Source of the DNA: Octopus sinensis
Taxonomy: Eukaryota
DNA length: 64,000 nucleotides
NCBI RefSeq assembly: GCF_006345805.1
Contig: NC_043002.1
Location: 109,058,001 to 109,122,000, forward strand
Reading direction: 5' to 3'
Part shown: piece by piece, positions 50,630 to 63,083 of the stretch
Position numbering within the stretch: the stretch's first letter is position 1
Layout: every line of letters begins with the position of its first letter
Position numbers and translations under genes: made by a program
Notes under the pieces: generated by a model
Databases searched by the model: none
Told to the model about the DNA's origin: nothing
The model's input: only the letters and a program-made list of their open reading frames with translations

Positions 50630-51144
50630 CATCATCACCAACGTTGTTTAACATCCGCTTTCCATGCCAGCATGGGTTGGACGGTTTGACTGAAGACTGG
50701 AGAGACAGAAGGCTGCACCAAGTTCCAATCCCATCTGGCAAAGTTTCTACAGCCTGATGCCCTTTCTAATGCCAACTGCTCCGAGAGTGTAGCAGGTGCT
50801 TTTACATGCCACCAGCATGAGGGCCAGTCAGGCGGTACTGGCAATGACTATGCTCAGAAGGTGTTTTTTTTACGTGCCATCTTTTTTCTCAAGGTACTTA
50901 CACTCTGTTGAGTACGAACACTGACATTACACATCCATCGGAGCATACTGGCTTCATTTCTTGCGAGCTTACGCATATCCTCAGCAGTCACGGCCCATGT
51001 TTCACTACCATGTGGCATGGCTGTTCGTACACATGCATCATACAGTCTGCCTTTTACTCTGAGCGAGAGGCCTTTTGTCACCAGCAGGGGTAAGAGCTCG
51101 CTGAACTTTGTCCAGGCTATTCTTACTCTAGCATAGCAAGACAT
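50630..51144 (-). mobile_element. RTE LINE fragment joined to its 3'UTR and (GAT)n tail
   Basis: RVRIAWTKFSELLPLLVTKGLSLRVKGRLYDACVRTAMPHGSETW, followed directly by the family tail sequence. Confidence 0.85.
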
Positions 51145-52590
51145 TTAAAAGTTACGTTAAAAGTATAATAATAGTTATGATAAATGTGTAGCAAAAGATA
51201 TTGTTGATGTAGCAGATGTTGACGACAACAAAGTAAAACAAGCATTGGATTGTGGTTTAAATGATTTATTTAATCGACACTTGGATTTATGTGTGGTATA
51301 CACAAGGAAAGCTGCTACATGATGTTACCAATCTGCTTCGAGTTGGTAAAGTAAAAAATGAACTGGAGATATGCTGTGTTGATGTGATGAGGTGGAACCA
51401 GACATTTTTTGTGTCTGTGTGTGCGTTGGTCATTCGGTCATGTCTGTTTATGTTCTGTGACCGCTACTGTGTTGGGTAATTCATGCTGAATATGTGGTTC
51501 TCTGTTGTCTGCTGTCTCTTGACCATTTGCCTGTTGATGGCTATCTGTTTATCTGTCATGTGTCTGACTGTATTTATAATGGTGATCCCAGGTAAAAGGA
51601 CAAACATACCACAGGAGTAATTTCTACCTATGTAGGTTGCCTCCTGTCCACTTGAACCTTCAGTGACACTACTCAGGTCCGAGGTCAAAGGGAAATCCAT
51701 CCATCATTTTTTGACAGGTCAAAAAAATTCCTTTCGTGCCTGTTTGGCCAATGGTGGATCAGACGAGCAAGAATCCTTAGATGCAGTTTCGAATCTCAGC
51801 TTGGAAAATAAGTGTTAGCTTTTACAAATGTATTATTATAATTAATGACACTGAAAATATCAAAAATGAGACTAACTAATTTAATGTGCTAATAATTTTA
51901 ATCAATTAAGTATTATAACATTGATGTGATACTGGTTACCTACTTTTGAAGGTGCATACCATAGTGGTTAAGGTATTCGGTTCACAATCATAGGATCACG
52001 AGTTCAATTCCAGGTGTCACGTTGTGTCCTTGAGAGCAAGACACTTTATTTCACGTTGCTCCAGTCAATTCAGCTGGCAAAAATAAGTAGCACCTGTATT
52101 TCAAGGGGCCAGCCTTGTTACACTCTGTGTCACGCTGGATCTTCCTGAGAAGTATGTGAATAGGTACATGTGCCTGTAGAGTGCTCAGCCACTTACACAT
52201 TAATCTCCTGAGCAAGATGTTACATTGATTGGATCAACTGGAACCCTTGTAAGCGACAGAGTGCCAGACTTTTGCACCCCACTGTATGTGAGATATATGA
52301 GCATCACACAAACTGTTGTTCATCTCCAATCTTCTGTGATGAACATGTCTCGCCCTGGAGAAATATCACCTTCCTTGGAAACCGGTGAGGGCTGACAGCA
52401 GAAAGGGCATCAGGCTATAGAAAGTCTGCCTCAGTAAATTCCATCTGACCCATGCAAGAGTGGGAAAACGGATGTTAAATGATGATGAGATCCTTTGTTT
52501 CTTTTCTACTTTATCCATGTTTATTTTACAGAATAAACTATTGCTTACTCAAATTTTAAAACTTTCTTTTTTTTTTCCCCACCTTTTCAG

Positions 52591-52744
52591 AATTTACGAA
52601 CAGCACCACAGTCTAAAGACCAAACATTGACTCGAGGAAACTTAGCTCTGAGCCGCAACTGTGAACTAGGGAGAACTGTTAGAGTGATCCGAGGCTATAA
52701 ATCCAAGAGTGATTTTGCCCCTGAAGAAGGATATCGTTATGATG
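52591..52744 (+). CDS. SRA-only gene exon 7 (NLRTAPQSKDQ...VRVIRGY...GYRYD-G)
   Basis: Acceptor ccttttcag|, 154 nt, donor ATG|gtaagg, phase 0-1; VRVIRG and YRYDG SRA hallmarks. Confidence 0.95.
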
Positions 52745-53191
52745 GTAAGGATTATTTTATTGAGTTGGCTGAACTGGCTTTCTGAGCTTAACACTGGCAT
52801 GGCTATGTGGTTAAATTAGCTTCTCAACCTATTTCTTTACTACCCACAAGGGGCTAAACACAGAGGGGACAAACAGGGACAGACACACGGATTAAGTCGA
52901 TTATATCGACCCCAGTGTGTAACTGGTACTTAATCGACCCCGAAAGGATGAAAGGCAAAGTCAACCTCGGCGGAATTTGAACTCAGAACGTAACGGCTGA
53001 CGAAATGCGGCTACGCATTTCGCCCGGCGTGCTAACGTTTCTGCCAGCTCGCTTCTCAACCGTGTTGCTTTAGTCCCATTGCACTGTACCTTGGGCAATC
53101 ATATTCTGTTATGTTCCTGCACCATGCAAAGCCATGTGATTTAAAGTTGTTTTGCATGTATTTTTATATTTTCTTTTTCTTCATGCTACAG

Positions 53192-53301
53192 GCCTCTACA
53201 CTGTGGAAAAATACTGGTACACCATTGGTCTTTCTGGTTTCGGTGTGTGGAAATTTGCACTCCGGCGCTGTCCCAACCAAGCTCCTCCTCCATGGACTGT
53301 G
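53192..53301 (+). CDS. SRA-only gene exon 8 (LYTVEKYW...FALRRCPNQAPPPWTV)
   Basis: Acceptor atgctacag|, 110 nt, donor GTG|gtaagc, phase 1-0; ends the SRA domain with the Q.PPPW motif. Confidence 0.93.
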
Positions 53302-53500
53302 GTAAGCTGATTGTTTGACTGCTTATTATTTATTTATGCAAATGACTGCTGTAGAATAAAAGCAATGGTATAACTTTTTGATAGAGCTTCTTTGTAGTCA
53401 CTCAGGCTGCTAGAAACAGCAGCGTAGATCCCTCGAGTGCATTCTAAAGTGTTTTCTAAGTATGTTTTCAGTATTCTACGTAACATTGTTTAATGCTAGA

Positions 53501-53870
53501 CTGGAGTGGCTGTGTGGTAAGTAGCTTGCCTACCAACCACATGGTTCTGGGTTCAGTCCCACTGCAAGTGTCTATTGCTATAGCCTCGGGCCGACCAAAG
53601 CCTTGTGAGTGGATTTGGTAGACGGAAACTGAAAGAAGCCTATCGTATATATGTATGTATGTTTGTGTGTCTGTGTTTGTCCCTCTAGCATTGCTTGACA
53701 ACCGATGCTGGTGTATTTACGTCCCCGTCACTTAGCGGTTCGGCAAAATAGACCGATAGAATAAGTACTAGGCTTACAAAGAAATAAGTCCCGGGGTCGA
53801 TTTGCTCGACTAAAGGCGGTGCTCCAGCATGGCCGCAGTCAAATGACTGAAACAACTAAAAGAGTAAAAA
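53501..53870 (+). mobile_element. SINE family C copy
   Basis: Same head, core and tail as 8628-9050. Confidence 0.8.
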
Positions 53871-54337
53871 AAAAAAAAGAGTTATATGGTGTCTTACATT
53901 ATGAAGTTCTTCTCTAATGCCATCAAAGTTGGTTTAAATGACTGAAGTCATCCTCTGTGCCTAGTGTAAAGATGTGAGCAGTTTCAACTAGTGTTAAGAC
54001 CTCAGTAAGCAGTCTGGGTTACAGGTTCAATTCCTGGTTCGACCAGTTGACTTACTAAATCATACCTGGCTCAATCCGTAATAGAAACCCAAAGGTGCAT
54101 AGATAGGAGGATATGTCAGATAATAAGTGTATAACTGAAGCTGTTGTTGCCGTACATAGGTGAGCAGCAAGTCTACAATTGAGGTTTAATTGCTATGTTA
54201 GACTCTGTGATTCCGTCTACACTCCAGTGACCATGGTGATAACTACTGGTGCATAAACACTGATTCATAATAAAAACTTGATTTCTTAAAGACCCAGATG
54301 TCTGAACAGTGTGTCTGTAGTAGAATGTAAAGAGATA

Positions 54338-54810
54338 TCATCATCATTTAACGTCCACTTTCCATGCTGGCATGGGTTAGACAGTTTGACTGAGGACTGG
54401 CAATCCAGGCAGCTGTATCAGGCTCCAATCTGATCTGGCAGAGTTTCTACAGCTGGATGCCCTTCCTAACGCCAACCACTCCGAGAGTGTAGTGGGTGCA
54501 TTTGCATGCCACTGGCATGAGGGCCAGTCGGGTGGTACTGGCAACAGCCACGCTCAAATGGTGCTTTTTACATGCCACCTTCACGGGGGCCAGTCCAGCG
54601 GCACTGACAACGACCTTGCTCGATTGTTTTTTCACGTGCCACCAGCACAAGTGTCAGTAAGGCTTCGCAGGGCTAACGATCATGCTCGAATGTTGCTTTT
54701 TATGTGCCACCGGCACAGAAGCCAGTTTGTTGCTTTGGCAACGATCGCGCTGGGATGGTGCTCTTAGCGCTGCACTGGCAAGGACTAGCCAGTCATCAAA
54801 TTTGATTTTG
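54338..54810 (-). mobile_element. RTE tail copy with minisatellite units
   Basis: Same family core. Further shorter copies at about 3165-3388, 17600-17885, 18140-18365, 23815-23985, 27700-27995, 34300-34540 and 43420-43600. Confidence 0.7.
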
Positions 54811-55057
54811 ATTTCGACACCAGTTTAAAGTGCTCACATTTTTACACTAGGCACAGAAGATGACTTCGGTCATTTAAACCAACTTTGATGGAATTAGAAG
54901 AAATTCATAATGTAAGACACCATATTATAAGTCTAGCATTAAACAATGTGATGACCCAATAAAGTGAGCAATTGATATCCTTTCTTAAATTTACTGCATT
55001 GAATTATTATTTTGTCTTCATTTCTCAGGTTTCAATGATCTTTGTTCTATTTTACAG

Positions 55058-55324
55058 AAAAACCAAGATACTTTTAGTGATAAAGCAAATGAAGAATCGG
55101 ATGCTGACTCTGGTGTGGATTTGTTAGACTCTGACACAGCAAGTCAACACTCAAACAGCAGCAGTAGTAGTAGTAGTAATAAAGACAATGGATTGGATTT
55201 GGTGAAGAAAGACAACTGTGATGGTGATTCTCCTGCTGAAGAAAATGACAGTGATGAGGATGGCATGGGCAAATGTAATGAAATGACGGATAATGATGTC
55301 GATGGTGAAGATTCCAGTGTTTAA
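55058..55324 (+). CDS. SRA-only gene terminal exon 9, acidic D/E/S-rich tail
   Basis: Acceptor attttacag|, phase 0, in frame with ORF 55115-55324; 88 aa + TAA. The nine exons total 1083 nt = 360 aa + stop. Confidence 0.8.
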   Translation, partial: KNQDTFSDKANEESDADSGVDLLDSDTASQHSNSSSSSSSNKDNGLDLVKKDNCDGDSPAEENDSDEDGMGKCNEMTDNDVDGEDSSV

Positions 55325-57329
55325 GAAGAAAATTCAAAGCTAAGAAAAGAAAGCAAATTTTCAGAAATAAATCTGTTTGGGTGGAGGGTAAACAACAAAA
55401 GTCTAACAATTTATCAAATTGCCAAATGAACAAATTGTATGGTGTTGTCTAAAACTTGCAATATTTTAGAAGAAAGAAGAGACTTTGTCGTTGGTTTCTG
55501 TCAATTGGCTGTGGTGTTACCATTCAATGTTTGAAACAAATACTAGATATGCACACAAAATCTCTTTAGGTTTTGGTTCATATTTTTACTTTTTTTTTAT
55601 GTTGATTGGAACATTTTTAAAACGGGCCTTTATGGGAAAATGCAAATAGGTTTTTATATCACAAATGATATTCATGCATTGTAGTTTCACATTTTCAATT
55701 TCCACTATGGTTTAAAGATTACTGATTAGATTTTCATTGTTGCATGAGGAATTGTCTCAGAATAACAATGTGTCCCTTGTGGTGTTATCATCTTTTAGCT
55801 ACTCATTCAGTTCAAAATTTAATTCTATATTTAAGGTACTAGTAAAGTTTTTGTTTTTGAAAATGCAACATTGAACAAATATTTTAATATTTCACTGAAA
55901 CCATTTTACTTTAATTTGTAGAACCAATTACTTTTGTATGATAAAACTTAATATTTATTTAGCTGTCAATCAGTAAGATATTAGACTCAGTGGTTGTCAG
56001 TTTGTATTCCATCAAGTGTAACTTCAACACAAGAAAGTCTCTTTTTCAAGTGTGGACTTTATGAAATTTTGTTCATCATACATTGAAGGACAAATCTTTC
56101 AATTTATAATTTATCAAACATAGTGCAGCATTTTAGTACACTGTATATTGCTCTAAACAAATCATTCAAATATTTTTAAAGAAAATTTCTTTTATAAGAA
56201 ATATATGTGTATATTGTTATAAAATTAACTAAGCATTCACTATTTGACATCTGAGAGGTTGCAGCTCATAAATTGTCTTCTATCAATCTTGGTCTTGTTT
56301 TACTTCACCACTTAGAATTCAGAAAAAAAAGGTTACAAGCATTTATTTATTAGTATTATGAAATAGTGTTATTTTCTCATAAAGGTAGGATTCTTCAAGA
56401 ATAGTAAGTTAAGAGAGAAAAAAGTGCAATAAAGATTTATCTTAAAATTTTCATTACATAAGTTCCTTACTCTGTGATTCAATGATTTCCATTTACAGTT
56501 CCTTTTGTGCCATTTTTCCAACAGAAACTGGGTCTATAAGAGTACTTCAATTGGCTTTTTTAACTTTTGACTGATTTAACTTGGATCGCAGTTCATTTTT
56601 AAGTTTGGTTCATCACTTCATAATTATGACTTTGTGGTTGATTAATCTGTTTTAATTTTTTGTCATTGGAGATCTCAAAATGTGCCTTTCTATAAGTTTA
56701 TTCTTCTGAATGTGGCAAAAGTTGCTGAAAATTTCTGAGACATATAAGAACTCTGGAACTGGAAAAGAATGGTTTAAGGCAGCAGCATATTCATATTTTT
56801 GTAATAAATGTTTTTTTTATTTGTATTTTTACATTCTTGTTGATCACCAAAGCAAATTGACTTTTAAAATGTGAATAAAACAAACCTGTTTTTGTTTCCA
56901 GTTTTCTTTGTGCTTCATGTGTTTTTGTAGATATTCTTTTACTTGTTTCAGTCATTTGACTGCAGCCATGCTGGAGCACCACCTTTTAGTCAAGCAAATC
57001 GACCCCAGGACTTTTTCTTTGTAAGCCTATTGGTCTCTTTTTGCCGAACTGCTACATTACGGGGATGTAAAAAAATCCAGTAATTTCACTACAGCTATTG
57101 AATGTGAGGCACAATACCTGTTGATGCTACCATTACATAAATATTTACCTGAAGATTATTAATACCAAGAAAATATACTGCTTTGCTTTGAAATTTTGTT
57201 TATTTTACTTTGCCACTTCTATAAAACATGAAACTACTTGTTATATTGTGTGTACATAGACAGGGTTTTATTATTTTTTTTATTTCACGCATGTGCATTG
57301 TTTGCTTTTGATTTTGTCTGCTATACAAT

Positions 57330-58035
57330 ATAGTGGGGTCAGTTGGGCACTGTCTGTGAAAACACAGCACCATGATGCAATTCACTCTGCCAGAAATTTG
57401 GAAACGACATGCTGTACTGCTTGGCATTTGCACTGGAAGCTCCAATATGTACATTTCAGAGCATTTGGGTGATAAAAACAAATATCCAGTCAACATCATG
57501 GTGTTTGGAGTGATCACTAGTGATGGTGACCTTATGCTTCCCATGTGGCCTTAGATTCTACACGGAGGCCTACATCAAGTGCCTGGAGGTGGTAATGTTG
57601 CTCTGGGCTCTGATGGTGGCTGCTAGAAGACCCTATGTCTGGCAACAGGATTCTGCACCATGCCACACAAGCAGGAGAAACCAGTCGTGGCTGTCAAACA
57701 ATTTATTTGACCAAATCCTCTCTAACATCTGGCCACCTAACTCCCCAAACTGCGATCCCCTTGATTATTATGTGTGGGGTGCAGTTGAGTGAGAGACCAA
57801 CAAAACTCCTTGTAACACCAAAGATGAACTGAAGGCAAGGATTATGGCAGCTTAAACAAGGAGACCGTCCAGAAGAGTTGCAGGAGATTCTGAAGTTGTC
57901 TGGAAGCAGTGGTTGAAGCCAATGGTGATTTTATTGAATAAATTTACTCTTTAGTATTTCAAGATATTTTTATGTAATTTTGATAAATATATGAGATATC
58001 AGTGTTATTTTCATTTTTGTAATTTAGACGGCATA
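57330..58035 (+). pseudogene. Decayed Tc1/mariner transposase, DD37D (maT-type)
   Basis: NIMVFGVITSDG; YVWQQDSAPCH...WPPNSPNCDPLDYYVWG with 37 residues between the second and third catalytic Asp; frameshifts and stops. Confidence 0.8.
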
Positions 58036-58039
58036 CAAC

Positions 58040-58200
58040 TGTCAGTAAGGTGAGGGTTGGCAACAAGTACAGTGAAGAAATCTGGGTAGGGGTCCACCAA
58101 GGATCAGTCCTCAGCCCCCTCTTATTCATCATAGTCCTCCAGGCAATAACAAAGGAATTCAAGACAGGATGCCCCTGGGAGCTACTCTGGGTTGAAATCA
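58040..58200 (+). mobile_element. RTE LINE RT core fragment
   Basis: VGVHQGSVLSPLLFIIVLQAITKEFKTGCPWELL; QGSVLSP is an RT motif. Confidence 0.8.
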
Positions 58201-58609
58201 GCCATGCCAAATTGTCTGCATCCAAACACCTGGTTTCCAATATAGGTTTCATATTGGACAGAAATATGGTCAATTCAGATCAGCCCCCAACTTTTTGTTG
58301 GTATTTTATAATATAAACACCTGGGGAAAAATGGAAGACAAAGTTGAACTCAGAACCTTTGAAGCAAAACTACCTTCTGATTGTCTCCTCTGTTTCCAAG
58401 TGTAATGCACTTCTTGTTTAATTACATATTTACTCTATCACCCAATATGTTGTTGCTGTGACTCTCTTATCATCTATGGCAGCATTATCCCAAATGTAGT
58501 CTTCTGTCAGTCTGATTTGAGAGAAATTTTCAATAAGAAGAGTAACTGCATAGAAGATTCCTCATGGGTTCATGTAATGTTTGTCAATAGTTGTTATATT
58601 ATCTTTTTC

Positions 58610-59040
58610 AAGTGGAAGAGGTAGACCCAGGAAGACATGGGATGAGGTGGTGAGGCTTTATCTTCAAACATTGGGCCCCGTGGAAGCAATGACTAATGAC
58701 CAAGACTTTTGATAATATGCTGTGCTTGAGAAGACTCGTCAAGCCAGGTAAAATTATAGTCGTGACTGATACCGGTGTCATGTAACTGGTACCTTCCAAG
58801 CATTTGGCCTCATAGACGCAATGTGGCACATGCAAAAGAGTGTTGGGCTTCATGGAGGCAATGACAAATGACCAAGGCCTTTGCTGTGCTTGAGAAGACC
58901 CAGCAAGCCAAGTGGAATTGTTGTCATGGCAGATATTGGTGCTATGCAACTGATACTTGTGCCAGTGGCATGTAAAAGAGTCTAGTGCAGCCCCTCACCC
59001 CTGGACAACAGATGTTAAATGATGGTGGTGCTGGTGATGA
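58610..59040 (+). mobile_element. RTE LINE 3' end (ORF end + 3'UTR)
   Basis: GRGRPRKTWDEVV, then family UTR and gatggtggtgctggtgatga tail. Confidence 0.7.
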
Positions 59041-59280
59041 AGTTTAGTTTTGATAGTTTAACACTTTAGCATTTAAACTGGTCATAACCAGCCAAAATAT
59101 TCTGCCTGTTTTATCGGGCCTTTCATACCTACCCAACAATGTCATTTTTAAAATAAACAATCACATCACCGAAATCTTGAAGCTAAGAATAATGTAGGAT
59201 TAATTAAAGACAATATGAATAAATAAACATTACTTTTGACAGAATATACTGAATACCAAAGGGCTAAAACTTTAACTTGG

Positions 59281-59752
59281 CGCAAATCCTCGAGTATAAT
59301 CTGCATTTTTTCCCCAAAATTTAAAGGTCAAAATCCCTTATGCGTAATATATATGAGGTTAAAAATGAAAAACATTTTCTAATCAATGTCCGAGTCTCTA
59401 TTTGCTATCCAGCAATGTTTATTTAGACGCATTTTGTGATGTCAGGCGCGAAAATATCTTAAGCTAAGCCTGAAAGCAATGAAGTCATAAAAGAATCATC
59501 CATAACTTGCAGTAAGCAACATTTATTACAATAGAAGTATTCAGAACACAGAATAACAGTTAAGAACATCATTATTGTGTTACGCATGCGTGGAAGTGTT
59601 TGTTTGACTAGGTGCTGCTGGCTTAATTACGCTCGACTCAAGTTAGAGAAGGGGTGCATATTATACACATGGTTTAGGTTTTTCAGAGGGACAACCCCCT
59701 AAAAATCCCCTGTGTGTTATACTCAAGGGCGGACTATACTTGAAGATTTATA
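59281..59752. mobile_element. MITE with ~22-bp imperfect terminal inverted repeats
   Basis: aaatcctcgagtataatctgc ... gcggactatacttgaagattt. Confidence 0.6.
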
Positions 59753-60825
59753 TGTTAGGATTTAATGGAGATTAGTCGCCATTTTAGTAGGTTGAGCAGC
59801 TGCACAAGTTTTCCTATGCAAAATTTTACATAAACTAATTAAAATATCCAAAGTTTATTATTTCTACATTGCCCACAAGGGGCTAAACATAGAGGGGGAC
59901 AAACGGATTGAGTGGATTACATCGGCCCCAGTGTGTAATTGGTACTTAATTTATCAACCCCGAAAGGATGAAAGGCAAAGTTGAACTAAGAATGTAGCAG
60001 CAGACGAAATACCGATCAGCATTTCGCCTGGCATGCTAATGTTTCTGCCAGCTCGCCACCTTAGAATATCCAAAGTTTCTGAAGGTCTCAAGAGGCCTTA
60101 GATCTGCACCTGAGCATTTTTTATTTTGTTTTTATGAAAGATCAACATTTACCTTCTCATAGAAGTTTTCTCACCACTCTTCACACTCTTCATTGTCTCT
60201 ACTCTGCAAATTTCTGTCTTCCTGTCCCGTTATTCTATCTTCTCTCTCTTTCTCTCCCTCTCTCTTCCCCTGTCCTCATTATATCTATTTTTCGCTGTGA
60301 TTTGCCTCCCCTGCTGTCTTTCCTTCCACCTATATCAATCTGTTGCCTACATGCACACACACATCTCAGATTAAAACAATCGTGTGAATACAGCTGCATA
60401 AATCAATTCATTTGAATGGATGTCATAAAATCAATATAAATTAGCATTTAGAAAACATTTTAAGCCTAGCTGTTACTGATTAATACCTGTTAGCTTCAAT
60501 AACAATCATCATCATCGTTTAATATCTGCCTTCCATACTGGCATCAGTTGAATGGTTCAACAGAGGACAGTGTCAAATTCCAGTATCTGCTTTGGCATGG
60601 TTTCTATGACTAGATGCCAACCACTTTACAGTGTGTATTGAGTTCTTTATTTTTTTTTTTGTGACACCAACACTAATGGGGTCACCAAGTGATTTGCAAG
60701 ACAAGACCCATCAACTCAGTGTAGCATTGAGGAGAAGCTAAAGTATGAAACGTGTTATTTCCAGTATCAAAATCTGGTAACCCTCTGTTTTCAGTTCAGT
60801 TCTCATTACAGTGAATACAATAAAC

Positions 60826-61400
60826 ATCATCATCATCATTCAACATCCGTTTTCCATGCTGGCATACGTTGAATGTTTGACCAGGGCTAGCAAACTGGAA
60901 GGCTGTACCAAACTCTAGTCTGATTTGGCATGGTTTCTATGGCTGGATGTCCTTCCTAACGCTAACCACTCCAAGAGTGTAATGGGTGCTTTTACATGTC
61001 ACCGGCACAGGTGCCATTTGCATGACACCGGTATCTGCTGTGACTGCAATTTTGCTTGGCTTGATGGGACTTCTTAAGCATGACATAATACCAAAAGCCT
61101 CAGTCATTGCCTCCATGTGGCCCAACACTCAAAAGGAGCTCAGCTACTTTGACACCATGAGGCCCAATGCTTGAAAAGAGCTCAGTCACTTTGCTTCCAT
61201 GAGGCCCAATACTTGAAAGGTGCTTTTTACGTGCCACCAGCATGGGTGCCAGTTATGTGACGCCAGTATCAGCCACAACTATGATTTCACTTGGCTTGAT
61301 GGGTCTTCCCAAGCACAGCATATCACCAAAGGTCTTAGTCCAACGTTCATAAATCATGCTTCACCACCTTGTCCCATGTCTTCCTGGGTCTACCTCTGTC
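60826..61400 (-). mobile_element. RTE LINE 3' end with repeat-containing UTR
   Basis: (CAT)n + ttcaacatccgttttccatgc tail on the plus strand; reverse complement of the RPRKTW-encoding segment near 61360-61395. Confidence 0.7.
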
Positions 61401-62799
61401 ACAGGTTCCCTCCACAGAGATCTTTACGCTATATTTTTTCTTGTCTTTGTTAATTAATTCCAATGGTGGTGGTTGTTCATGTATTCAAATCTATTGCATA
61501 TATTTCATTTTGTCTTCAAGCTTCACACTTTATTCTACATGCCCTCCTTCTCAGTAATGATTAACAGACTTAACCAAGCACCCAGTTTATCACCATCACT
61601 TGGCCTGTTGGGTACTTTTTGTGGTATCCACTCTGTTAGCAGACATTCAGACCTGATTTCTAGTTTCAGCATCCCTTTCTCTCAGAGACCTGTAGAGGGA
61701 TAAATGCCCTTCACTCTCAGCTGAAAGCTAAATTAAAAGTACATGGTGACAATATCTAGCTAAGAATATTTCTCTTCAGAGGTCAATTTTTGCTAGATTT
61801 CACCCTTTATATTGCTTCTTTTTATTGTAATTTTTATATTTATTTTGCTATTTACATTGACTTTGTGTGATCAAACCAACTGCTTTGTTGAATCTTAATG
61901 AAGAACACTATATTCTACATGCTCCAGTTCATTTAAGCTGCTGGAAACAAGAGAATTCAATAAGCTCAGTTGCCATGAAGCATGAAGTATCCAATGTCAC
62001 AAGTTTTGCGTTTCATCTAAAGAAAGGGAAATGAGAGAAAGTAAAAGCATTGTTTGGGCTGAGGGTAAGTAAATGATGTAATTTTAGAAATACTTGCAAT
62101 AGACTTGTACTACAGCCAAGGGAAGTTTTCTTTTATGTTTGAGAATTAAAAGCTAGGACCAATAAATTTCTGAGGTTAAAGAAGAGTTTGAGAACAAGTT
62201 TCCTCACCTTTCAGTGACACAAAGCTATGTCCCAGACCAGAACACTTAATTTTCAATAACCCACATACATATTAAAGCATACAATGGTGGTGGTGTGACT
62301 ATAAGTAATGAGTTTAGGAGAGGTTTGCAGACAATGGGAAAAAACACTGTAGGGAGCACAGTCAAAATTACAAGTGTTTTTGTTAGCTTGCAGTGATGAT
62401 TTCAAGTCTTTGAAGACCCTAAGAGAACACGTGTAAGTTCAGCCTTGAATCATTGTATGATGACTGGGTGTTTGGTTACTGCATCACAAACCACTGTCAT
62501 TACCACCACCACCACACTATTTGACAATGAGTCAGTGTGAGTACTTCCATATGATTGCTTAATCTACTAGAAAAAGTTGTTGAATCTCCCTCAAATACAC
62601 ACACCTTACTGTCTTAAATAAGAATAGGTGTAAGCATTTGGAAAAAGTAGTCCTAGATACATTCATACACTTTATCTGAATATAAGACAAAATTGTTATG
62701 GTCGGAAAATTTTTGCTCATAAATTCGCATGATCATAACTGATTTGGAGCTAAGCAATAACTCTAAGAATCTACAATATTATTCCATTTATTATGCTAT

Positions 62800-63083
62800 G
62801 TTGTTTGTTCCTTCTCGAGCCACACCTGGCTCATAAGGGCCGGTTTCCTTGGTGTATAGGTTCCCCACCAGTCCGTCACAAGTGAGCTGCAAGATGCAGG
62901 AGGAAAGAGTGAGAGAAAGTTGTGGCAAAAGAGTCAGCAGAAGTTCGCCATTACCTTCTGCCGGAGCTGCATGGAGCTTAGGTGTTTTGCTCATAAACAC
63001 ACACATCGTCCGGTCTGAAATTCGAACCCACAATCTCCCGACTGCGAGTTCACTGCTCTAACCACTAGGCCATGTGCCTCCAC
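62800..63083 (-). mobile_element. tRNA-derived SINE, D head + tail 2
   Basis: Reverse complement gtggaggcacatggcctagtggttagagcag...ggaaaccggcccttatgagccagg..ggctcgag. Confidence 0.75.

Noticed and set aside
51464-51800. Possible minus-strand exon (MDFPLTSDLSSVTEG..., donor near 51630)
   Set aside because: Its phase-1 donor gives a stop when joined to the 36731 acceptor; no recognisable motif or partner exon.
30102-55324. Calling the SRA gene UHRF1
   Set aside because: The complete reconstructed CDS has no UBL, Tudor, PHD or RING, and has a different finger loop; gene symbol left blank.
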